Source: Vicugna vicugna
Taxonomy: Eukaryota
Length of the DNA stretch: 57,689 nucleotides
Reading direction: 5' to 3'
NCBI GenBank assembly: GCA_013265495.1
Contig: MU058485.1
Location: 62,001 to 119,689 of the forward strand
Shown piece by piece: positions 37,611 to 49,807 of the stretch; the first letter of the stretch is position 1; the number at the start of each line of letters is the position of its first letter. The notes beneath the pieces were generated by a model. That model searched no databases, was not told the DNA's origin, and saw only the letters and a program-made list of their open reading frames with translations. Both the position numbers and the translations under genes were made by a program.

Positions 37611-40600
37611 TTTGGCGTTATTCTAAATCAATTTACAATTGAAGGTCTCAGTGTGCATTGTTTTATCCGTTCAGAAGATCCTGACTTCGGAGCGTGAAGC
37701 AGGAGCCCCTCCTCTCTGGAGACGGTCTTTGCCACTTACAGTCTCAGTAGAGCCAACATAACTGCTCTGGACCTTTGGAAGTGCAGGGCCAGAGCATACC
37801 TGGGAGCTCACATCCTATATATGTAAACATGTTAAGTGCGGTAGGTTCTAAAGTCCTGCCTTTACAAATATACATTCATTATAAGGGGGAAGGCCAGGTT
37901 CAAATTTAGAATTCCCAGACACAGGGGAGTCCGGCAAAGAAAGTGAGCATGTGCGGAGAGCTGATTCCCAGTCTCTGGTCACTAGCCTGACCCTTTTCTT
38001 CCCAATGCTGGGTCCATCCCTTGCCACAAGGGGCCTAGGATGTGCACAGGGGGACACTCAGACCTCACGTCCGGGCTCTGCTCATACCCTCCATGCAAAC
38101 AACTGCCCTTTGGCCTCTCTGTGAGTCCTGGGAATCTGAACTCCGGGGAGAGCTGGTGCAGGCACTAGAAATGGGTCAGGGGCTGCTGAGGCAGGGCATT
38201 CGTGGTCCTGGGTTTCCAGAGCATGGGATGGAGTCAATAAAAGTGTGCCCTTGGCCCTGCTGACTCCACCCCATGGAGGGTGTGGCCAGAGGAAGTGTCA
38301 GGGCCAGGGGGACCCTCTGTAGTGCAGGAACCAGGGCAGTGGGCCCCCTTGCCAGGGTCCAAGGGCAGAAGCCCTTAGGAAAGGTCTGAGAAGGCTGAAA
38401 GGTACCTTCATTCCCATTAATTAAAAAAAAATAAAAGCTTAACACAGGCGTGGGTGGAAAGGGTTTTGTTAGAACAAGGGAAGGCACTTGCCATGGTCTG
38501 GCCATAGAAGGTTCGTGGGTTTGCCAGGTTGATGAGGATCCGAGAGGCCGTTAGTCTCCACTGGGTCTAAACACCTCCTGAATTCCTCCGGGTGACACTG
38601 AAATGCAGTGAAACATGTAACCCTCTTAAGTTGTTAAAATCTTCATGGTGAGCCATTCAACTCTCTCCTCATTCTTGGCTACGAAAGTACGATAAACACA
38701 GGCCAGAAATTCACCAGCCTGTTGGTTGGTTCACTATCTGTCTGGCACTCCCTCTTGTAGGAGCCTTTATCACATCACCCAGGGCTGACGAGGCTCAGGA
38801 TTATAGGTTATATTCCGTAGGTGGCATCACTTGCTGGTGACAAAAAAGAGGCATGGTAGCCACTTCCCAAACACTGAGGCTCCTCCTGGGAGGAGCCTGC
38901 AGACCTCCAGTCCAGCCACTGCACCACGATGCTCCTTAGTGCCACTCCCGGCTTGCTGCCCCAGCCTCTAGCTCTGGCCAGAACCTCGCTGGATTGTCGG
39001 TAAATGTCACCCTTGCACCACGTCTAAGCTTGGGGTCCAGATGTGACCATGGTTCTTATTTTCTTCCCATTGATGGGTTGTTTGATCTTTGTGTAATCAT
39101 GTCGGCAGGAAGGCCAATACTGCCCTCTTGAGGCCTCCCCGAACCCCCTCTGTCTATAACTGTCCTAGCGCCCCAGGGGATCGGGTCTGAAGCCTGGCAC
39201 TCAGACAGGAGGATGACAGCTGGAGAGAAAGGAATCCACTTCTGCTGTGGCTTCTGCTGAGGCCCGATGTGGCCATAAAAATGGATCCCACAGGCCCTGA
39301 CGTCATTGACTCACTGCAGGGATGCTCCCACACTGCCCCGTTCCCCCCAGAAACCGTGGGCTTTCTGCTTGTTCCAGAAGGCCCCACCCCCGAGGGGGCA
39401 CTGGGTCCAGTGGAGTGTCCAGCCTGCTTCCCTGTCAGCCCTTAGGGCCTTGGTGGGGACTGGAACATCAACTACCCTCCCCTTAGAGGCCCATCTGTCC
39501 TTTCCAGCCAACAGACCTAGGTCATAAGCACTTTAACTCGCCTGAGGGTGTTTTCCTCACTTCAGGGGCAGTGAGGACTGGGCTTCTTCACACCCCAAGT
39601 GCCCCAGGTCTGGGTGCAGACAGCCTGGCTCTCCCCCCAGTCCTGCAGGTAAGGTCCCGGCCTGCTGCTTGTCACTGAGCCTGTGCTGTGTTCTCTTCCA
39701 TGACAAGAGGTGCACTCTGCCCCCACCCCACCCCACCAGCGGTGGCAGAGGCGGCGGACAGGCCGGTGAGCTGGGGCCTGAGACCGTTCCCGCAGATCAG
39801 TGCCCCAGAGGCCGCTGGTGACTAGAGGGACCATGAGGCAGAAGCCAGCATGGGATGGGAGGAGGAGGAAGGTTCAGGATAAGGAGATGAAAGGGGGAAT
39901 GGATAGCACTGTGAAGACCTTGGCCATGAAAGGGAAGAGAAAAGACAGTGACAGCTGGAGCGGTGTCGGCATTAAAAGCTGCGGGCGTTTTTATTTAATT
40001 TTGCTAATTACCATTACATGTAGTGACATATTTTTATTTGACTAAAAATTATGTGCCATGTCACATAACAGGGTACAGTATGTTATTATTTAATAAATAA
40101 TACATAATAGTAGATATACTAGCATATTATGTTCTGCTTATTTATTAGCAGATAGTACATACTACGTATGTAAGTGTTTATATACATAATATATAATTCA
40201 TGCATCTATATAACAGATAACAATGTAGGATTATGATTAATATATTTTATACCAAGATTACAGAACAATAATGATGCAATATTACCCATTGTATGTCTTG
40301 GTTCATGACACATTCTCATCTTAGGGGCCCGTCAGACGCATTTGTGTATTAAAATTAATATTATACGAAACAGTTGTGAACCTATCACCCAGCATCAGAA
40401 CAGGACTATTGACAGTGACATACTGTGTCCTCTTTCCCTATCCTTCCCTTGGCCTCTTCTCACAGGAAGTAACCAGCATCCTGAATCCAGGCTTACCCTT
40501 GTCTTGTGTTACTTTCACACACACAAACTTTAAGATCAGTTAAACAAATGAACTGCAGGTACAGGCAACAAAATGGATGAATCATACACTCTATGTTAAA

Positions 40601-43599
40601 TGAAAAAGGTAAGCCCTAGAAGGCAGCCTATAGTGTGCTATGCTTTCAACTGTGTATATATATGTCAACTAAACTCACTAAATTAAGAACAACTACAGCT
40701 AGAGTCCAGGTGGGAGAGGGACAGATAAAAGGTGAGGTGAGCAGATTTGCTGCAGGTGAGCGAGTTCCTTTCCAGTGACATGTCATTCTCTCTGAAGCAG
40801 GAGGCAAGGCCATCTCCTGGGAGTCAAGGAAGAGACAGAGGGAAGGTTAGAGTTGTACAGAGAGCAGAGAATGTTGACACCTCTGAGTGATAAGTGGGGA
40901 ATGTGCTCTCTAGGGAAATCCTGGAGGATTGCCTGGCAGTGGCAACATGGTGGGCATTGATTTGTAGTCTTAGAAATCTGTGCTGGGAGAGCCTGCTGCC
41001 TGCAGGCTCAGAACAAATAGGGCTGGGTGAACCGAGATGGAAGTCGTCCTGGTGAGGAACTGAAAAGATCAAGGTTCAAGGGAGTTTTGTTTGTCATAAA
41101 GAGAGTGCTCACTGTGGATGCAGAGCTGGAAGGTGGGGAAGTGGAAGTAAGAGGAACGTGGACAGGCAGGAAAACAGAGGAGTCAGTGCATGATGCCCCA
41201 GTGAGGGTGAAGGAGGGCCAGGGAGGCTGGTGGAGAAGCAGCTGGACGGCTAGAGGTGGGCACTTAAAGGAGAGAGGCTGGAACTGGGGTGGAGATACGC
41301 CCGGGTATGAGCCCAGGGTAGGGTGAATGGGGGGTGGCTGGCTCAGGCTGATGGAGAAGAAGAACCTAAAATGACCATGCTGGGTGGTGGAGGGAGAGTC
41401 AACTTTGATGTCTTAATCGTAGGAGGTGAGGCAATAGAGAGCTGGGGGCCCAGGTGCTCCTGACTGGGGCAGATGAGCAGGGAGGCCAGGGTGGCAGGCA
41501 CTGGTAGGAAAGGATCTGGGCTTTGCAGGTGCTCCCAAGAGAGGAGGAGCAATGATCTGAAGGTGGAAAGTGAGCACAAGGAGGCCAAACCAGGCCCTGA
41601 TCAAACGGGGGGCTGTGAGGGGGCAAAGTGTCAACTCCAGAGATGGTTGCCCAGGAAGCAGGGACCACGGGTGAAGTGAGGGGACACTCAGAGAAGAGAG
41701 GGAGAAATGTCTTCTGGGTGTAGGGGGAAGAGAGGCCCCAGGACAAAGGAGAACAGAGGCACAGTGATGAGGATGGACTGGCTCTATGGTGACACTGCAG
41801 GGATGGCTAGATCTTTGTCCTGAGGGCTTAGTTTGGGGGGCTACTGGCCTCATGAGGACTCCCCTCTCAGCAGCCTGGACAGACTCTCCCGCTCCTGAGA
41901 GATGTGTGGCCACCAATGTTCCCAGAGGGGCTCTACCTCCATCTTCTCCTATCACACTTTCCTGCCCAGCCCCCGACCACCAGCGAGGGAGCCTGGGCCT
42001 CGCAGCTGCTTCCCGTGGAGGGACGCAGGCTCCTTGGAGATGTAGGCTGATCTTACTTTTCTCCATAACCCAGAACCTAGCAAAGCGCCAGCTTATGGGT
42101 GGGCCATGCAGAGGCTCAGGTACTTACTAAACTAACTCAAAGCCATAGAATAGCAGAGCTGGAGGAAGTGACCACTGAGCTCACAGAGTTCACTGCCCAC
42201 ACCCCCATTCTACAGATGAGGAAACAGAGACCAAGTGGTGAAGCGGCCTTGGCCACGATCACGCTGCTCTTAAATGCTGGCCTGTGTCGGGCATGCCAAG
42301 TGATGAGCTGCAGTGAAGGAGCTCAGAGGGGGCTCTGGGGCCAGACAGCTTGGGTTCAAGTCCCAGCTCTGCCATTTACTAGCTGTGTGACTAATCAATA
42401 TTTTTACCTGTTAGGTGGAACTCATAGTGGTGCCACCTCATTGGTTTGTCATGAACACAGAGATCCAGGAACAGCAGGACAGAGTTCTGTGAGGGTTTGC
42501 TGTTGCTTTGGTTACTATGATTATCACCAAGTGAACCCTGAAATGAAGAACAAAGGCAGCAAGATTTTTTATTTTAAAGGATTTTAAAATCCTCTGATGA
42601 ATGTTTCATTTCATGTATTCAAGTTTGCATTTGACACTTATTAACAACTACATGATGGATGACATTTGAGGCAATCTGGCTTCATGTCATTAATTCTCAC
42701 TAGCGACACAGGCTATTCAACAGGCAGCAGTTTCTTTTCCAGGAAGAGGGACAAAAAGTTAAAAATAACTCAGTGCCTCTCGGTCCCCAGTGAGGTGTAT
42801 GTGACCTGTCAACCCAGCTTTGGGGAAGTGCCCGCTCCCCCTGGGCTCGCTGCGCTGTCCTGCGGCCTCCAGGGGGCGCCGTACCCCCACACAAATCCAG
42901 TCTCTTGGTTCATATCTTTGCCTCAGATCCCTCAAGGACTGCCCAAGCCCCAGGGCCCGTCTGCCCCGCCAGCCTCGCCTGCTTTACTCCAGGACACCAT
43001 CCTGGGTCTCAAGCATCCTCTGTTCCTACGCCCACCCTACTACTCTTCACTTTGTCCTTCAAGTGTGGGCTCCTGTGGCTCGCAACCAAGCAGGGGTTTC
43101 CCCATCCTTCACCTTGGGTAACTGCAAAGTCCTGCATGGTGCCTAGCGAACCCATGTGGAGGCAGGAAGAATACAGTACAACAGGTGCTCAGAGGGGCTG
43201 CTTTCCCACTGCAGGGGCCCTGGAGAGCTTTCTCCCGGCTGGTTATTCACAGGCGCTGAAGCTGTGGAATCTCGATCTCACCAATTTAAAGGGCATCGTC
43301 ATAAATTACAAAAGCAATCATTTTTTCAGTAGCAAAAGGAGAAAAGATTTTGTGCCCCCCACCTCCAACTTTCTTCCTTCATCTTCAGAGGTGTTTCTCA
43401 CTCTGGACAAAGGTAGAAAGCAACACAGAGAATATTATTTTTCAATTTTTTTCCCACTCTGAAGATTGCTTTCCCAGAACCGATGAAGGCTAGTGTCGTT
43501 TGGCTTCCCTGGAGTGAGGATTCAGAGGCGTGAGGGGAGGGGGGTTGGGAGATAATTCAGCATTAATGAACCAAAGAGAAACATTAAAAGTTTCTACTA

Positions 43600-45180
43600 T
43601 AAACAGAGGGGAAACAGGATGCTATAGAAATGGGAAAAATATAGTTGGAAATGCAATACCGAGTTACAAGAGAATAAACATGATGATGTAAAAAAGAAAA
43701 AGATCATCAAAATACAAAAAGGTGGGAATGGGAGATGGGAGCAAGAAAATATAGATTATTTTTCTCTCTTTTTTTTTTCTTCATTATTCGTAGGATGTGT
43801 TGGAGCCTACGTGATTATCAGTCTAAAGGAAATAGATATAGTAATGGGTTGATAAACTTGAAAAATAAGGTAACCACATATCAAAAGCATACAATAGAGT
43901 TGCAAGAAAAACCCAAAAATAAACAAACTCAAAACGGCTTAAAAACTTAAACATAAGACAAGACGCTATAAACCTCTCAGAAGAAAACCTAGGCAAAACA
44001 TTATTTGACATACATCTCAACAATGTTCTCCTAAGGTAATCTACCCAAGCAACAGAAATAAAAGCCACAATAAACAAATGAGACCTAATTAAACCTATCA
44101 GCTTTTGCACAGCAATAGAAACCATAAGCAAAACTAAATGACAACTTATGGAATGGGAGAAAATATTTGCAGAAGATGAGACTGAACATGGCTTAACTTC
44201 TAGACTATATAAATAGTTCATACAACTTAATAAGAAAAAGAATAAATAACCCAATCCAAAAATGGGCAGAATAACAAAACAAGCAATTCTCCAATGAAGA
44301 TATACAAATGGCCAATTGGCATATGAAAATAAGGCTCAATATCGCTAATTATCAGAGAAATGCAAATCAAAACTACAATAGGTTTTCATCTCACACCAGT
44401 CTGAATGGCCATCATTGAAAATTCCACAAACCATAAATGCTGGAGAGGCTGTGGAGAAAAGGGAACCCCCCTACATTTTTGGTGGGAATGTAGTTTGGTG
44501 TAGCCACTGTGGAATACAGTATGGAGATTCCTCAAAAGACTAAAAAAAGACTTATCCTTTGATCCATCAATCCCACTCCTGGGCATATATCCAGAGGGAA
44601 CCTTAATTCCAAAATATACCTGCACCCCAATGTTCACAGCAGCATTGTTTACAATGGCCAAGACACAGTAGCAACCTAAAAGTCCACTGACACATGACTG
44701 TATAAAGATGTGATATTTAGATATAACAGAATATTACTCAGTCATAACAAAGAATGAAATAATGCCATTTACAGCAACATGGATGGACCTGGAGATTATC
44801 ACACTAAAGTGGAATAACTCAGACAGAGTAAGACAAGTATCATATGATATCACTTATATGTGGAATTTTTAAAAATGATACAACTGAACTTATTTACAAA
44901 ACAAAAACAGACTCACAGACTTAGAAAACAAACTTAGGAGTTTGGGATTAACAATAACAAACAAGTATATGTAAAACAGACAAACAACAAGAATTCACTG
45001 CAGAATACAGGGGAAAATATTCAATATCTTGCAATCTATAATGGCAATGAACTTGAAAAAGAATAGTCTATGTATATGTACAACTGAATCAGTATGCTGT
45101 ATACCTGAAAATAACAAAACAGCTGTATATCTGATACTAACAACACATTGTAAATCAACCACATTTCAATTAAAAAAAAA
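43600..45180 (+). mobile_element. LINE-1 with poly(A) tail and a probable large internal deletion near 43920
   Basis: 43925-45180 matches the other L1 copies and ends caattaaaaaaaaa; 43600-43920 resembles the L1 inter-ORF region as recalled. Confidence 0.9.
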
Positions 45181-46164
45181 GATAAGCTCTAAATACCTTT
45201 ATTCAAAGAAAATCTTCAACTCTTCCCTCTTACAAAAATTAAAATAGGAAGAATGAGCAGGACCAAATTATATTGAATGAGCGGTTACATATCTTCTGCA
45301 GCACGTTGCCCATGCTACACACACATCATGTTTTCCTTCAGGTAAGAACAGCCCTGGCTGCCCAGGGAGCAAGTCCTGCTGGGACAAGGCCTCTGTGGCA
45401 GTGGCCTCCTTGTCACCGCTCCATCTTACCAGAAGGCCAGGGTTTTCAGAGGGGAGGGAACACAAAGCTCACACACTTCAGATCTATTTCCTGAGAAAAA
45501 CTATGGAAAGACCAAATTCACCTGCAGTGTGGGAAACATGATCAGGGCACCTAAGCAGACAGAGAAGCCCAAAGCAAGATGGTCCAACGTTCACATAGGA
45601 ACCAGAACAACAACTGTCTGTCCCCAGTTAAATGATCAGCATCTCACCTGCAATGAACTGTTCGTACTCAGTGTCAGGTATGTTTATGCTGAGACTTGAG
45701 AGATCAAAAAAGTCAGACCAGGGAATGCGGACCTGGTGGATGTCCAGGTTCTGCCAATGGTAGAGGCGGCCCCAAGGGGGTAGCAGCAGCACTGACCCCT
45801 CCATTTTCAGCAGGGTCTTCAGGAGGAAGGCGATGTGGATACAGATGCCCCTATGGAGGCTGAAGCCCTCTGGAGGGTTGACATCACACAGAAGCTACCT
45901 GGCAGGGAGCAAAGGAGAGCGGGTCTTCAGGACCAGGCCTAAGCACAGGACTCCCGGCTTAGATAGAAGAGATACAACGGGAATCCCTGCACAGCACATG
46001 GCCTAGACTCCAGACACATTCAGCAGCTTCTGGTTTGTATAGTGGAGGCACTGCCCACCCATCTCCATGTGGCCAATAACTTCGTGTCTGGGAGCACATG
46101 CAGAAGACATCTTGGCATCCGTCTAACACCACTAAGCACCTGACTAGCACCTGAGCACCCGTTC

Positions 46165-46640
46165 TCCAGAGGCTCTCAAACTTCTTGGTCTACAGACCCC
46201 TGTTCACTCTTAATTTCTGAGGACACCAAAATGCTGCTATTTATGTGGGTTAAATCTTTCAATAGTTCCTGTGTTAGAAGTTAAATAAGAACTTTAAAAA
46301 ACGCTTATGAGTTCACTTAAAAATAATAACAACCTACTACACGTTACCATTAATACTCTTAAACAAAAAAATGTATATTTTTCAAAACAAATTCATTAGT
46401 GAGAAGAATAGCAGTGATTTTAATTTCTGCAATTCTCTTTAGGACTGGTGAGAGGCGAATTCTCCTATCTGCCTCTGCATTCCCTGTTTTGTGATATCAC
46501 AGACCAGATTTTCCCTGGAAAAACCCACAGGAATCTCGGGAGTGCAAGAGTGTGCAAAAGGCAGGTGACATCCCGGCGTTTCTAAGAAAATAGTCTTGCA
46601 TCTCAGGGGCCTCGGACACACTTTGATAACTGCTGCCCTA
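46165..46640. mobile_element. hAT-Charlie1-like DNA transposon remnant
   Basis: Ends cagaggctctcaaactt and cacactttgataactgctg form imperfect terminal inverted repeats; internal tttatgtgggtta and tagtgagaagaatagca. Confidence 0.7.
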
Positions 46641-47099
46641 CCCTAGGCGAGACTGTCCTACACAAGAGCCAGGCAAGGGTCCTGGCTTCTTTAATGAGTT
46701 ACCACAGCCACACCCCTCCCTTCCCTCTGTTAATATTTCCTACAACCTTCATTACTGCAGATGAGGATGTAATCCTCAACTGGGACCTCTAATCCCAGAA
46801 GACTGCCAACCCTGAGAGGGAGGGCCCATCTACCATCCCTACACCCCGCACAGTCTATTTTGAGTCAAGCCCTAGATAACTGCTAATCGGCACTGACTCT
46901 TGTCTTATTGCTGAGGTTTATTGAAGGAGCCAACCTCTGGATGTAACTGAAATTTCCCTGCAGATAAACAAGGCTGATAAACCACCTGATTCCAACATCT
47001 GATTCTGGGGCTCTTCAAAGCCTGGGAAAGGCCCTGCTTCATCTAAGACTGGTCCTCCGCCTACCCTTCCCAGGGGGTTCTGGGAGGCCACTACCACCC

Positions 47100-47940
47100 A
47101 GGGCTACCCGGACTCGCGGTCCCAGCCCCAGCGCCCGAGTGGGAGGAAAGACCTAGGCTGTGCCCCAGCCCTTTCCCCCCCGCCCCAACCTGCTCCCCGG
47201 TACCACAGTCCCTCCCCGGCTGCCACACGGATCTGGATCCCACCCCAGTCCATGTCCACTGGCCTCGCCAAGGGCGCGGATGTACGTTTACTGTCTGTGG
47301 GACGCCGCCTCAGACAGGATGTCAGCCGCTGACTGACCAGGCCAGAACTAGCCACCTGGCCGAGCAAGCCGCCATCCCCAGCAGCAAGCACCGCAATGGT
47401 CCCAGGCAGCTACACACTTCTGGAGCCCACTGCCCGCCCCAGAAGCTCAAGCCGGCTCCCCCCGGGGTTCGGCGCCTGTAACCATGGCAATGCCACGGGG
47501 CCCTCCCCTAGCGCTTGCGTTGTGCATCCTCCCGAGGCTAGACGTGCGAGGGCAGAACTTGCGGAGCCAATGGGAGCCAGGGCGAGGCCAGGACGGGGGT
47601 GGGGTGAGGCTTATGGGACAGCTAGGCGGGGCCGGGGTAGGCGGGGCTGCGCGGACGTCCTCACCTGCAGGTGGCGCTGGCCGGAGCCTGGGGCGGTGCT
47701 GCCACCAGTGGGCGGGCAGTGGGGCAGAGGGGCAGTGGGGCAGCGGCGCAGCCGGGCAGCGGGGCGGGGGCACCTCCACCTGTCCGTTTGCGGGGTCAGC
47801 CTGGGCTCCGCGGCCTCCGCTTCTACCGGACGTGGACCCAGGCTGCAGCTGGTCAAGATAGAGGACTGAGCCCAGGCACGCATGGCTGATCAGGTAGGGC
47901 ACATGAAGTGCAGATCCTCCAGGCCCGCTGCCGGCCTTGA
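47100..47940. promoter_or_regulatory. CpG-island promoter with X-box-like motif, CCAAT box and GC boxes; candidate + strand first exon ending ATGGCTGATCAG|GTAGGG (47882-47893)
   Basis: High CpG density; GTAACCATGGCAAT at 47478-47491; CCAAT at 47567-47571; GGGCGG at ~47710 and ~47762. Confidence 0.72.
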
Positions 47941-48819
47941 ATTCACGCTGCTAGGCAGTTTCCAAGAAGACAGTGTCTGTCCAAAGAGGGGAGGTAGGGC
48001 AGGGGTGCCAGATGCTGGGTTGGGTGGGGTCTCACTGGAGAGCCACGGTGAGAGGGTGCAGAGCGGCCCCTGTGTTGGCAGGGCTAGGAATTTGGGGTAT
48101 GGGGTGGGGATGGTGTGTGCCATGCTCTGTGGTCTCCCCAAGAATTCTCACCCCCAAGCAAGGGACCCTGCTCTCCCCACCCTTCACTGCATCTCCTGCC
48201 TTCCCCAGCACCACCACCCCTGTCCCTGTAGTGTCCCATGACCTCTCCCCACACCAGGCACTGTCCCTGTTAGAAGTACTGAGCTCCTGGTGGTTCCAGC
48301 CCGAGGGTGGGGTCTGTATCTGACCAGTTGGGACGCCTGGAGCCTTTGTATGAAACCTCAGACCATAATGCAGGCGTGCATAATGCAGGCCCCTCAAACA
48401 TGATTCCTTGTATGGCCCCACCACACACCCACAGCGCAGCTGCCACACCGGGCCAAGCCTGCCGGAAGACCACTGGTCCCTCTCCTCCTGTCCCTGATCA
48501 AGAGTGCACTGCCCACACTGCTGAGAATTTAGGGGGCCTTAGAAGAGCAGCTGGCATTTTCATGGGCAAATACTTGCACTTTAGGGAAGATTTGAGTGCA
48601 AAGGGATGTAGGGTATGCTTTTTCTGTTGCCCTGGAACTGGTGACTAGGATGCAAACTTAAGTCAAAGCAGTTTTTAGAGAGAGCCACAAAATATCTATC
48701 CCAATGATCTCTGTTCCCCAATAAAGGCAACACCACCTGGCAGGTGGGGGCCTGGCCCCTCTTTTTGGAGTTTGGGGTTTGCACCCTCCAGCTGTGACAG
48801 AGCCCGAAAGAGTTCTGAA

Positions 48820-49355
48820 CACGCTCCAACAGGCTTTTCCTGCACAAACTACTTTTATTTTGAATCTGGGTGAAGGAACCTGCTGAGAAATCTGGGTAAA
48901 TCTTCCTGGGTGTAACCATGGCTTTTATGCTGAATGAAAGAGTGGCTCTCCACATGCTAACATCTTAGAAGTGAATGTGTGTCGATTCCTTCATGCATGT
49001 AGCAACTTGGGAACAGAGTTTCATGGTGAGGGGAACTATATAACTTACATGTTTATGGGGAAGCCCTCACTCCAACAGGCTTTTCCTGCGCAAACTGCCT
49101 TTATTTTGAAATTGGGTCTTGCTGAGAAATCTTGGTAAGTTTTCCTAGGTGTAACCATGCCCATTATGCTGGATGAAACAGCGGCTCTACACATGTTCAC
49201 ATCTCAGAAATGAATGTGTGTTGAAGCCGTCATTCATGTAGCGTGTTGGGAACACAGAGTTTCGTGATGAAAAGAATTATGTAAATTACGTGTCTATGAT
49301 GAAGCACTCGCTCGAACTGGGTAGTCCATTGCATACTGCCTTTATTTTGAAACTG
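48820..49355 (+). repeat. Diverged tandem repeat, ~245-bp unit, ~2.2 copies
   Basis: ctccaacaggcttttcctgc(a/g)caaact...tttattttgaa starts at ~48824 and ~49070, with a partial third copy at ~49310. Confidence 0.9.
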
Positions 49356-49807
49356 CCTTCTCAGAAGACCTGTGGTTTCCACTGCAGGTCTGTCTCGAAG
49401 CCCAGGGCCAGCATGGTGACTCTCCTCCCCCTGTGTATTCTGAGAGGTCAAGGTGTCCTCCATGGCCCGGCCACCATTGTTTCTTTTGGAAACACCCTGC
49501 AGATGAAATGGGCCTGAGAACAGGAGAGCTGGATGCTAACAGCCACCGCCCAGTGTGTGGCTCCTGGGAGAGGCATCTCCTTTCTGTAGGCTCTGATCTC
49601 CCCTCCCCTCTCCCCCACCCCCCACACTCTCTTCCTGTATTTCCTGATTGATCCCTAGATAATGGTCCATACCAGGAATGACCTGGGAGAGGTTTTATGA
49701 GTCTTTAAGGTAAAAAAAAAAAAGAATCTTTGACAAATTACTGAAAGTAACTTCAAGCTTTCCCGGGAAAGTCCTCTTTCCAATGTCTAAGGCTAGTTGA
49801 CAGGGTG

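Larger units (their letters stand above)
34944..43090 (+). repeat. Segmental duplication, copy A
   Basis: Colinear with 49808-57689; offset 14.6-14.9 kb; many ORF-track peptides are paired or identical between copies. Confidence 0.97.

Noticed and set aside
37740..37814. 75-bp minus-strand exon candidate (DVSSQVCSGPALPK...), open in both copies
   Set aside because: Weak polypyrimidine tract, short enough to be open by chance, no homolog recognised.
41413..42587. 217-aa and 162-aa ORFs shared by both duplicates
   Set aside because: Overlap L2/MIR-like sequence; similarity reflects the duplication, not coding constraint.
47882..47893. MADQ start as calmodulin
   Set aside because: No LTEEQIAEFKEAF or EF-hand exons follow.
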